Source: Candidatus Moraniibacteriota bacterium (GTDB lineage: Bacteria; Patescibacteriota; Minisyncoccia; Moranbacterales; GCA-2747515). From it: a stretch of DNA of 64,000 nucleotides. Below the pieces are notes generated by a model. The model ran no database searches and had not been told where the DNA came from. It worked only from the letters and a program-made list of their open reading frames with translations. The stretch is taken from NCBI GenBank assembly GCA_942490825.1, contig CALNYG010000003.1, positions 68,105 through 132,104 on the forward strand, written 5' to 3'. Shown here piece by piece: positions 47,301 through 55,256 of the stretch. Position numbers and translations under genes: made by a program. Each line of letters starts with the position of its first letter. Positions within the stretch are counted from its first letter, which is position 1.

Positions 47301-48542
47301 ATTTCTATCTCTATTTTCAATCTGTCTGTCTTTACGATTAATAACTTCGTCCTTTACTTTGCGAACAGTTCTCAACCTCAAATATTTATAAAAATAATCT
47401 TTTAAATCTGGATAAAAACTAAATAAAATTTCTTCTAATTTTTTATATCTGTCATTTAATTTTTTGTTAAGATCTTCTTTTTTACCAATATCATGATAAA
47501 GAACTAATCGTGGATCATAATAAAATGACTCAATGTTGTAACCATAAAATTTTATCATACGATAAAATAAAATAATTCCTTCATGTCCATAAAGAGGATC
47601 TTCTTGTCCGCCAACTTTAATATAATCTCCTTTACGCATAACAGTATTTCCTTCTGTTATAGGTAAAATAGAAAATGATTCATTTCCTAAATCATACCAC
47701 ATTGGAGGCATTTCTGCACTCTGTTTTATTGTCAAAACCTTTCCTCGAACAGCAATTTTTGATTTATCTTTTTCAAAAATATCGATTGCAGCTTCAATAT
47801 AATATTCATTTACATAACCATCTGCATCGATAAATGCAAGTAGTGGTGCTTCTGCATGAAGTGCTCCTATATTACGTCCAGCAGACGGACCAACATTATT
47901 TTTCAAATCAATATGAGTAAGAGGATATTCTTTTAGTCTTTTTTTAGTTTGATCACTTAAACCATTATCAACTATAATCAATTCAAAATCATTAACTGTT
48001 TGATTCTGAAAATGATCTATATTTCTTATTAAATCATCGCATTCATTATAAGCAACAATAATTACAGATACTTTTGGATTAATTGCTTTTTGGTTATAGT
48101 GAAAAATATTTTTAATATCATTTTTATATTTTTCTTTTGAAATTAACTTTTCTTTTTTATGAAGTTTTATATGAGATACGTCTGAATAATCTCCTGTAAA
48201 TTTGTCAGTCTTTTGTTTTTTTAATAAAGATAACTTTGCTAAAACTTTTTCTACATTTAAATTTTTATATTTATCTAAAGCATAATTTTGAAACTTTTTT
48301 GAAAAATCAAGAGGAATTTCTTTTTTATATTTTATATTTATTGCTTGATTTTCATTTTCAAAATTATAAAAAGTTGAATAATTATCATAATAAATATTTT
48401 TTATATCATTTGAATAATCATTAATAAACTGTGTTGTTGCACCTCCTGTTCGATAAGTTGCAATTTGATCATTTACATAAACACTTTTATAGTCCTTTAA
48501 AATTAATCTGATTATTAACCCATAATCAGCTGGGAAGTCCAT
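44316..48542 (-). CDS. giant multidomain glycosyltransferase (GT2 + coiled-coil repeats + anchor module + two GT-B/GT4-like regions)
   Basis: 1408 aa. GT2 region VSVIIVAYNECDDL...LIIVDNGL...FIDADG. Repeats NRDNWLKDKDKEIK x2. Anchor module NSKSFKLGSLFFRSVKKPYKLITFPVNFF. GT4-like region MFVGTPHKHKGI... The N-terminus is colinear with the middle of 49121-51028. Confidence 0.8.
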   Translation of the reverse strand: MDFPADYGLIIRLILKDYKSVYVNDQIATYRTGGATTQFINDYSNDIKNIYYDNYSTFYNFENENQAINIKYKKEIPLDFSKKFQNYALDKYKNLNVEKVLAKLSLLKKQKTDKFTGDYSDVSHIKLHKKEKLISKEKYKNDIKNIFHYNQKAINPKVSVIIVAYNECDDLIRNIDHFQNQTVNDFELIIVDNGLSDQTKKRLKEYPLTHIDLKNNVGPSAGRNIGALHAEAPLLAFIDADGYVNEYYIEAAIDIFEKDKSKIAVRGKVLTIKQSAEMPPMWYDLGNESFSILPITEGNTVMRKGDYIKVGGQEDPLYGHEGIILFYRMIKFYGYNIESFYYDPRLVLYHDIGKKEDLNKKLNDRYKKLEEILFSFYPDLKDYFYKYLRLRTVRKVKDEVINRKDRQIENRDRNLKNRDNWLKDKDKEIKNRDNWLKDKDKEIKNRDKGIKAIKNSKSFKLGSLFFRSVKKPYKLITFPVNFFIIFLFGNKNIKINSIFDIPRLIIKAIIKVKKSVFPNSILKNRFFNKMKYLKLWKIREMIRYYKNEIKKGIKNPYLFFLFFKKISSKIRNIFKRNIRFYYEKNPNIDGFYLKKNDAAYNENLKNRKKVVVVAWSVSHNPVARAFLFYDVLKKDFNVEMMGVLFPFYGKSLWQPLTYLRDFCLYIIDGATFPLLYQRIIKSIKDKDADYIIVCKPKMTSLLLGFLLRRKTNAKIILDVDDDELSFERNKTRIDSISEAEEIFNEESKEFAVAHSQTWNRYTESLACTFEKIIVSNYSLQEKYGGTIIPHIRDEQYFNPKLYNRDKIRKALGYKKDDKVIMFVGTPHKHKGIIEVADALKKIGNINYKFCIIGSVIQEEVKEALKGNKSVKVYENQDFDKLPAFLSAADLVCLLQDINSEISKSQIPSKISDALSMEIPILSTKIKPLEKFISLGCIEVLENISELPKKIDHIFNNYNQFKVSAIKNRKYFIEYLSYEYANKTLKSIFKSECGLVDSKMDKVDSFLNFMEDKCKSDSSSEGIDVVFFWKQNDSNIYGRRSDMMVKYLLKNKKVRKILHFDKPISESQLNQLKKESKFKHSQNSFVFENTTNRIANYSDEKDISRRVYLYDKYSADEYVEYIKNEINNAGINIDRAYFWFCPLIDDSSYIVGKLKPYKVISDVIDYAGSFDEKDNSEVYYAKYEKILKKSNIIFCNNNNMYDYCKKIVTDLNIPIYKFENGCESFNKKEVASWQIPKDMELINKPILGYTGNMDSLRFNFDLLKEVAIKYPNVQIVLIGSFHRAKNDIKKIENIKNIKVIGVRTYAEAIKYIKFFDLCIIPHKFNEMTKNMNPLKLYLYASLNKKILSTNLEGLDIEYDKLYVAKNNNEFINLIPEVLKKDLSRKNNKSYLSEYRWDNIVDNILAKIIK
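47203..47286 (-). repeat. 2 x 42-bp perfect in-frame tandem repeat (NRDNWLKDKDKEIK), plus degenerate copies to ~47335
   Basis: The unit TCTCTATTTTTAATCTCCTTATCTTTATCTTTTAACCAATTG starts at 47203 and 47245. Confidence 0.9.
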
Positions 48543-48627
48543 ACTTTCATCAAAACATTGTATTTTCTCTAAAGAAAAATTGATGTTTTTGACGTTTAAA
48601 CATTGCTTAAATGAACAAATGGTATCT

Positions 48628-49116
48628 CTATAGAAAAATTTCTAAATTTCCTTTAAATATCCAAATAAATTCCCCTTCTTCGGTTTGCTTAATTGCATCT
48701 GCATAAGAAAAATCAGCATTATTTTTTTCTAATGCTTCAACTGACTTTTCAACTGCTTGTTTATTATGATAAAAATCATCACTATTTAACAATGCTAAAT
48801 ATTTCCCTTTTGCCTCTCTAATTCCTTTATTCATTGCGTCATAAATACCAGCATCCTTTTCAGAAATATATCTTATCCATCCCTTGTCTGCATATTCTTT
48901 GATTAGATCTAAAGTTCCATCATTTGATGCACCATCAACTATAATATGTTCAATATTTCCATAAGTTTGATCGTGAACGGATTTTAAGTTTTGTTCAAAA
49001 AATTCTTTCCTTCCTGATTTTATCAAATTAAAAACTACTGTTACTATTGTAACTAAAGGTTGCTTGCTATTATATTGTTCTTCGTGATTAGACATCAATT
49101 TATATTCAATATACAA
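48628..49116 (-). pseudogene. detached N-terminal GT2 fragment of the giant GT (paralog of the 49121-51028 N-terminus)
   Basis: About 430 bp is identical to 50583-51013. The link to ORF 44316-48542 (48543-48640) carries several indels and stops relative to the intact paralog, and it cuts through the GT-A fold. Confidence 0.7.
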
Positions 49117-49120
49117 ATTA

Positions 49121-51028
49121 TTATTTAATTAATATTATCAACAAATTTATTGGAAAAGTTATTAATTTATATGGCTTTTTAATTGATCGAAAAAATAAAT
49201 CTCCTAATTTGAATGACTTTGAGTTTTGTAATTCTAAAAGTAGGCTCTTTTTGTTTTTTGTCCCAGCATCCTTTTTAACTACTTTTACAATTTGGTTATT
49301 ATTAATCGTGTCATCTTTAATCTTATGACTAATTCTACAGCTTATATATTTATACATACATTTAGCAAACCCTGGATATGCATCATGTATGGACTTTAGC
49401 AATAAGCCATGCCTTTTTACTTTACTTTCATCAATATTATCAGATTTCTTGTTATCATGATACAAAACTAATCGAGGCTCATAATAAAAAGACTTTACAT
49501 CATAATTATAAAACTCAATCATGCGATAAAACAAAACTAATCCTTCATGTCCATAGAGAACATCCTCTTGTCCTCCAACTTTAATATAATCCTTTTTACG
49601 TATAACAGTAACACCTTCAAATGAAGGAATAACAGAAAATACTTCATTTCCACAATCATATCCAAAAGGAGGCATTTCTGCACTCTGTTTTATTGTCAAA
49701 ACCTTTCCTCGAACAGCAATTTTTGATTTATCTTTTTCAAAAATATCGATTGCAGCTTCAATATAATATTCATTTACATAACCATCCGCATCAATAAAAG
49801 CGAGTAGTTGCGTCTCTGCATAAAGTGCTCCTATATTACGTCCAGCAGATGGACCAACATTATTTTTCAAATTAATGTAAGTAAGAGGATATTCTTTTAG
49901 CCTTTCTTTTGTTTGATTATCTAAACCATTATCTACCACAATCAATTCAAAATCTTTAACTGTTTGACTTTGAAAACTTTTGATGTTTCTAATAAGATCA
50001 TTTCCCTCATTATAAGCAACTATAATTACAGATACTTTTGGATTAATTGCTTTTTGGTTATAGTGAAAAATATTTTTAATATCATTTTTATATTTTTCTT
50101 TTGAAATTAACTTTTCTTTTTTATGAAGTTTTATATGAAATATATTTGAATAATCTGCTGTGAATTTGTCAGTCTTTTGTTTTTTTAATAAAGATAATTT
50201 TGCTAAAACTTTTTCTACATTTAAATTTTTATACTTATCTTTAGTGTATTGTTTAAATTTTTCTGCAAAATCAAAAGGTAACTCCCTTTTATACTTAATA
50301 TCCATCGCATGCTGTTTATCTCTAAAATTATAAAAATATTTATAATTATCATAATAAATATTTTTAATATCTTCTGAATAATCATCTATAAATTGTGTGG
50401 TCTCTCCTCCTGTTCGATAAGTTGCTATCTCACTATCCACATACACACTTTTATAGTCCTTTAAAATTAATCTGATTATTAATTCATAATCAGCAGGAAG
50501 CCCATATTTTTCATTAAAACATTTATTTTCTCGTAAAATTGATGTTTTGGTAAACATTGTTAAATGAGCAAATGGCATCTCATATAGAAAAATTTCTAAA
50601 TTTCCTTTAAATATCCAAATAAATTCCCCTTCTTCGGTTTGCTTAATTGCATCTGCATAAGAAAAATCAGCATTATTTTTTTCTAATGCTTCAACTGACT
50701 TTTCAACTGCTTGTTTATTATGATAAAAATCATCACTATTTAACAATGCTAAATATTTCCCTTTTGCCTCTCTAATTCCTTTATTCATTGCGTCATAAAT
50801 ACCAGCATCCTTTTCAGAAATATATCTTATCCATCCCTTGTCTGCATATTCTTTGATTAGATCTAAAGTTCCATCATTTGATGCACCATCAACTATAATA
50901 TGTTCAATATTTCCATAAGTTTGATCGTGAACGGATTTTAAGTTTTGTTCAAAAAATTCTTTCCTTCCTGATTTTATCAAATTAAAAACTACTGTTACTA
51001 TTGTAACTAAAGGTTGCTTATTATTCAT
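49121..51028 (-). CDS. dual-GT2 glycosyltransferase with a C-terminal anchor module
   Basis: Module 1: PLVTIVTVVFN...HIIVDGASNDGT...LLNSDD. Module 2: VSVIIVAYNEGNDL...LIVVDNGL...FIDADG. C-terminus QNSKSFKLGDLFFRSIKKPYKLITFPINLL. Confidence 0.85.
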   Translation of the reverse strand: MNNKQPLVTIVTVVFNLIKSGRKEFFEQNLKSVHDQTYGNIEHIIVDGASNDGTLDLIKEYADKGWIRYISEKDAGIYDAMNKGIREAKGKYLALLNSDDFYHNKQAVEKSVEALEKNNADFSYADAIKQTEEGEFIWIFKGNLEIFLYEMPFAHLTMFTKTSILRENKCFNEKYGLPADYELIIRLILKDYKSVYVDSEIATYRTGGETTQFIDDYSEDIKNIYYDNYKYFYNFRDKQHAMDIKYKRELPFDFAEKFKQYTKDKYKNLNVEKVLAKLSLLKKQKTDKFTADYSNIFHIKLHKKEKLISKEKYKNDIKNIFHYNQKAINPKVSVIIVAYNEGNDLIRNIKSFQSQTVKDFELIVVDNGLDNQTKERLKEYPLTYINLKNNVGPSAGRNIGALYAETQLLAFIDADGYVNEYYIEAAIDIFEKDKSKIAVRGKVLTIKQSAEMPPFGYDCGNEVFSVIPSFEGVTVIRKKDYIKVGGQEDVLYGHEGLVLFYRMIEFYNYDVKSFYYEPRLVLYHDNKKSDNIDESKVKRHGLLLKSIHDAYPGFAKCMYKYISCRISHKIKDDTINNNQIVKVVKKDAGTKNKKSLLLELQNSKSFKLGDLFFRSIKKPYKLITFPINLLIILIK

Positions 51029-51158
51029 AACTCAGATAAATTAATTTTTAAAATATTAAATGAAAACCTAAAACACTTTAAAATTCTTTATTAATAGATT
51101 ACTTCCAGAGTCTTTTAATAACATATAGCTATCCTCATTGAAAGCTTAAATGCCTAGT

Positions 51159-51920
51159 CTATACTAGATCATTTTTAACCAAATCATAAAGCTTAATATC
51201 CAAGCTATTAATTTTCTTAATAGTCTTTAACGTAAGCTCATCAATCTCTTTCTTTTTTGGACGATCAGTTGTTTTGTTTAATTCTTCAACTTCAAATTTT
51301 TTATTAAAAAACGCTTTTTTAGCCACCAATTCCATAGTCTGATTAAAATTTTCAAGAATTCCCACAACTGAATATTCGTTCTTAAGAACATTATAAGCCT
51401 CTTCAATAGATTTATCAGGATCTTTTTCTATCTCTCTAAGGGTCATGCCTGAAAAACGCTGTACACAGCTATTTTGAAGCTCATCACTTATATTTGAACT
51501 GACATAATCCATAAGAGACATTTCCTTTGTAATTACTTTATTGTACAAATAATGTTTTGGAGTTCGTAAAACATAATAATAGTGAGAAATTATCCTATCG
51601 ATAGGGTTTCTTAAAATTGTAAATTTTATAGTCTTTGGATGAACATAATCCTTAAGTTTATGAGCCCCATGGCCATAAATAAGATCGTAGGAATAACGCT
51701 CCTTCTTTGGTAAAGATTTGAAATAATCAATACTTTCACGTAAGCTTAATTCATTTACATTAAATATTTTATCATTTGAATACTGTGATTTTAAATAGTT
51801 AACTACAGTTGTTCCACCACACTTTGGAACATGCTCAAATAAAATTTTTCTCGGTTTAGAATTACGTAAAAATAAATTCTTAAATCGATACGATAAATCA
51901 TCAATATTTAATCCGTTCAT
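51159..51920 (-). CDS. sulfotransferase (carbohydrate sulfotransferase-like, Sulfotransfer_2 type)
   Basis: PAPS 5'-phosphosulfate loop EHVPKCGGTTV. 3'-phosphate motif LRNPIDRIISHYYY. Confidence 0.75.
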   Translation of the reverse strand: MNGLNIDDLSYRFKNLFLRNSKPRKILFEHVPKCGGTTVVNYLKSQYSNDKIFNVNELSLRESIDYFKSLPKKERYSYDLIYGHGAHKLKDYVHPKTIKFTILRNPIDRIISHYYYVLRTPKHYLYNKVITKEMSLMDYVSSNISDELQNSCVQRFSGMTLREIEKDPDKSIEEAYNVLKNEYSVVGILENFNQTMELVAKKAFFNKKFEVEELNKTTDRPKKKEIDELTLKTIKKINSLDIKLYDLVKNDLV

Positions 51921-52017
51921 AATATTATAAGTTATTATAAATTAATTATTATTAAATTACATAAAAAATAGAATTGTCTTTTTGCTAAATTTTAAAAGTT
52001 ATTTTAAAATTTAAAAT

Positions 52018-53079
52018 TTACAAAAATAAATCATCTTTATTTTTAAGTAAATAGTCTAAAACCTTATTTCTTATAAATTCTTTTGACACCCGCTCTCCTT
52101 TATTAATTTTTTCTCTTAACTTTGTTCCGGATAAATGCATTTTTTCTTCTTTGCTGTGCTCACAAGAATTTTCTTCAACCATGCCTCCACAGCTCTTACA
52201 AAAAGTGACATTATCATACTTTAATATTGTAATACCTAATTCGTCTTCTGTAAAATTGTCAAAAATTTGCTGAGCATCATAAGTGCCATAATAGTCTCCT
52301 ACACCAGCATGATCTCTTCCAATGATCATATGAGTACAACCCATGTTTCGTCGCACTAACGCATGAAAAACTGCCTCTTTTGGACCAGCATATCGCATAA
52401 ATGTGTGTAAGGTACCCAAAATAGCCTTTTTCTCAGGATAATAATTTTTAATCAACTCCTTATAAGCTCCAATAATATATTTATCCTTAAAATCTCCCTT
52501 CTTTTTTTCTCCTATAACTGGATTTATCAATATTCCATCCACTTGCTTTAACGCCATTTTCTGAAGATGTTCATGAGATCTATGAGGAGGATTTCTTGTT
52601 TGAAATGCTACAACATTACTCCATCCATTTTTTTTGAAAATTTCTTTTGACTCTTGTGCAGTTAAACGTAAATCATGTCCCTTGATAGTTTCTTGTTCAG
52701 CTAATAACTCTCCTCCGACAAAATATTTGCCCATTTTTAAAACTTTAGCCACACCTGGATGATCAGCATCATTTGTTCCAAATAATTTCTCAGCTAAAAA
52801 ATTCTTATCATATTCATAAACTTCAATATCCTTTATCACTAATGATTCTTTTCCATCAGTTATTAAAAAATCTCTTTCATTATTGACTTTTGAAAAAGTC
52901 TCTTCATCTATATCTAAAAGTACCGGCATACTCCACACTTCTCCACTAGCAATCCTCATATTTTTGAGAGAGCTATCTAAATCTTTTTTACCAAAAAATC
53001 CCTTCAGTGGATCATATAACTTATCTACTATATTTTTACCTTCTTGAATTATTTCTTTTGAAACTCTAACTTTTTTCAT
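52018..53079 (-). CDS. sat: sulfate adenylyltransferase (ATP sulfurylase)
   Basis: QTRNPPHRSHEHL and GRDHAGVG motifs. 353 aa. Confidence 0.9.
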   Translation of the reverse strand: MKKVRVSKEIIQEGKNIVDKLYDPLKGFFGKKDLDSSLKNMRIASGEVWSMPVLLDIDEETFSKVNNERDFLITDGKESLVIKDIEVYEYDKNFLAEKLFGTNDADHPGVAKVLKMGKYFVGGELLAEQETIKGHDLRLTAQESKEIFKKNGWSNVVAFQTRNPPHRSHEHLQKMALKQVDGILINPVIGEKKKGDFKDKYIIGAYKELIKNYYPEKKAILGTLHTFMRYAGPKEAVFHALVRRNMGCTHMIIGRDHAGVGDYYGTYDAQQIFDNFTEDELGITILKYDNVTFCKSCGGMVEENSCEHSKEEKMHLSGTKLREKINKGERVSKEFIRNKVLDYLLKNKDDLFL

Positions 53080-53118
53080 TTATAAAAACTTAAAAAATTT
53101 AAACTATACTAAAAAAAT

Positions 53119-53943
53119 TCACTCACCTTTCTTAATTTTTGCTAACTCAGTAATAATTTCCTCATGCCTCTGTCCGTTAGTAATCACAAATCCATTTAAG
53201 TTTTTTGGTACTTTCTTATTATACACTATTTTTTCTCCATGCATATCAGTAATTTTACCACCTGCCTCTTCTATCATAATTTGCCCAACACAAGTATCCC
53301 ATTCCCCTGTTTTATCACTTGAATTTATATAGATCTCAGCCTCACCACTAACAATTTTCCCTATCTTAATTGGCACTGATCCCATTGCTATTTTTTCTTT
53401 GAAATTAAATTTTTCAAAAATAATCAGTTCTTCTTCGCGTAAATGATTTCTACTAACAAGAATTTTCCATTCGCTAAAATCATCATTGTTATTAACTTGT
53501 ACACGAGCTACTTTTCCATCTTTTTCAATAAAACATCCTTTGTCTTTTTCAGCTATATAAAATATTTTTTTTAACGGCTCGTAAGCAACTCCCATAATCG
53601 GTTTGCCTTCTTTTGCAAGTCCTATCATCACTGAAAACTCACCTGTTCTCTTAATAAAATCACTAGTGCCGTCAAGTGGATCAACTATAAAAACATATTC
53701 TGAATCTAATCTTTTTAGATCATCTGCCGCTTCTTCTGATAATATTGGAATGTTAAATTTTTTAAGATTAGCATTTATAATTTTTTCAGATGCTAAATCT
53801 GCCTCAGTTAATGGAGTACTTTCATTTCCATCCTTATATGAAACATCATACTTCTGATTATAAAACTCTAAAATTTTCTCTCCTGCAGTCTTAGCTATAT
53901 TTTTTATTTCTTCTACGTTTATGTTATTTATGTAATTCATCAA
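53119..53943 (-). CDS. cysQ: 3'(2'),5'-bisphosphate nucleotidase (CysQ-like, inositol monophosphatase family)
   Basis: SEEA...IVDPLDGTSDF...WDTCVGQ motifs. Overlaps cysC by 20 nt. Ends in TGA. The CysQ-versus-SuhB assignment rests on context. Confidence 0.7.
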   Translation of the reverse strand: MMNYINNINVEEIKNIAKTAGEKILEFYNQKYDVSYKDGNESTPLTEADLASEKIINANLKKFNIPILSEEAADDLKRLDSEYVFIVDPLDGTSDFIKRTGEFSVMIGLAKEGKPIMGVAYEPLKKIFYIAEKDKGCFIEKDGKVARVQVNNNDDFSEWKILVSRNHLREEELIIFEKFNFKEKIAMGSVPIKIGKIVSGEAEIYINSSDKTGEWDTCVGQIMIEEAGGKITDMHGEKIVYNKKVPKNLNGFVITNGQRHEEIITELAKIKKGE

Positions 53944-54466
53944 GCTTTATTTCTAAATAATTAATCACTTTTTTAACACTATCTTCAACTGTTTCTTTTT
54001 CTGTATTAATAGTAAGTTCTGGATTATCAGGAGCTTCAAATGGATCTTGGACGCCTGTAAAATCTTTTATTTCTCCTTTATTAGCCTTAGCATACATACC
54101 TTTAACATCCCTTCTGGTACACTCTTTTACATCACATTCAACATAAATTTCTATAAAATTTTCACATAATTCTCTGGTAAAATTTCTCATTGATCTGTAA
54201 GGAGATACAAAAGCAGAAACTGTATTTACGCCATTATTAGATAGCATCTGTGCGATATATGACATTCTTTCAATATTTTTATTCCGATCTTCTTTACTAA
54301 AACCTAAATCTTTACTAATAGTCTCACGCACGACATCTCCATCTAATCGTTGCATTGATAAATTTTTATCTTGAAAATACTTTTCAATTTCTTTTGATAA
54401 AGTTGTTTTACCGCTACAAGGCAATCCTGTAAACCAAATTACGAGACCTTTTTTATTTTTAATCAT
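53924..54466 (-). CDS. cysC: adenylyl-sulfate (APS) kinase
   Basis: P-loop FTGLPCSGKTTL. LDGDVVR and FVSPY motifs. 180 aa. Confidence 0.9.
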   Translation of the reverse strand: MIKNKKGLVIWFTGLPCSGKTTLSKEIEKYFQDKNLSMQRLDGDVVRETISKDLGFSKEDRNKNIERMSYIAQMLSNNGVNTVSAFVSPYRSMRNFTRELCENFIEIYVECDVKECTRRDVKGMYAKANKGEIKDFTGVQDPFEAPDNPELTINTEKETVEDSVKKVINYLEIKLDELHK

Positions 54467-54481
54467 AAAATTTTGGTATTG

Positions 54482-55182
54482 CTACTCAAATATAGAAATA
54501 GCAATTTCTCTGTGCATGAATAGCAAGATTGTATTTTCAACCATTTCAATACTTTTAGAATAACAATGAGTTTTCCTATGAAATCTTGCTATATAATGTC
54601 TTAATTGATTATTCATTCCTTCAACTGTAAAAGTCTCTGCTTTTGTTTGAATGTGCTTATCTTTTGGTAAAAATTTTTTATAAACATCCCAATGATCTGA
54701 ACAGTATTTATCGCAATCAATTTTTTTGATTTTGTCCCATAATTTTCTTCCAGTTTTTTCACCTCTTGTCCCTATCACGAAATCAATTATTATTTTACTA
54801 GATCTATCAACTGCAAGCCAAATCCAGGCTTTTTTCTTTTTTTTAACACAAAATGCCACATTTCATCTAATTCCATTTTTTCTATTTTCCAATATTTTAC
54901 TTCTTTTTTACTTTTTAAAATATTCCTTAATTTTTTAGTTGCTTTTTTTACCCATCTTAATATACTAACGTTACTAACTTTCAGTATTCTTCCTATTGAT
55001 CTAAATCCTAGTCCCTCTAAATACATTTCAATTGCTTTTTTCTTAATTTCTTTAGGTTTTCCTCTTTTTGTAAATCTAGAAAAGTTATAGCTACATTCTT
55101 TACATAGATATCTTTGTTTTTTATTTACTTTACCATTTTTAACATAATTCTTATTATTGCAATGAGGGCATTTAATTTTCAT
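54482..55182 (-). CDS. IS1 transposase (InsA zinc-finger/HTH frame plus InsB' DDE frame, joined by a -1 frameshift)
   Basis: InsA: CPHCNN...CKEC. The LDEMWHFV motif straddles the frame overlap. InsB frame: WIWLAVDR, SDHWDVY, TVEGMNNQLRHYIARFHRKTHCYSKS. Confidence 0.8.
54830..54844 (-). promoter_or_regulatory. probable programmed -1 ribosomal frameshift site of IS1
   Basis: The minus strand reads TTAAAAAAAAGAAAAAAGCC (A8-G-A6) inside the insA/insB overlap. The insB frame is -1 relative to insA. Confidence 0.6.
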
Positions 55183-55256
55183 TTTTTTGTTTTTAGGTAT
55201 TTAATTACCTATTCATTTTACATTATCTATAGTTTGGTAGCAATACCAAAATTTTA

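Larger units (their letters stand above)
54475..55247 (-). mobile_element. IS1-family insertion sequence, copy 2 (773 bp, apparently intact)
   Basis: Ends GGTATTGCTAC / GTAGCAATACC. Perfect 8-bp target duplication AAAATTTT at 54467-54474 and 55248-55255. Confidence 0.9.
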
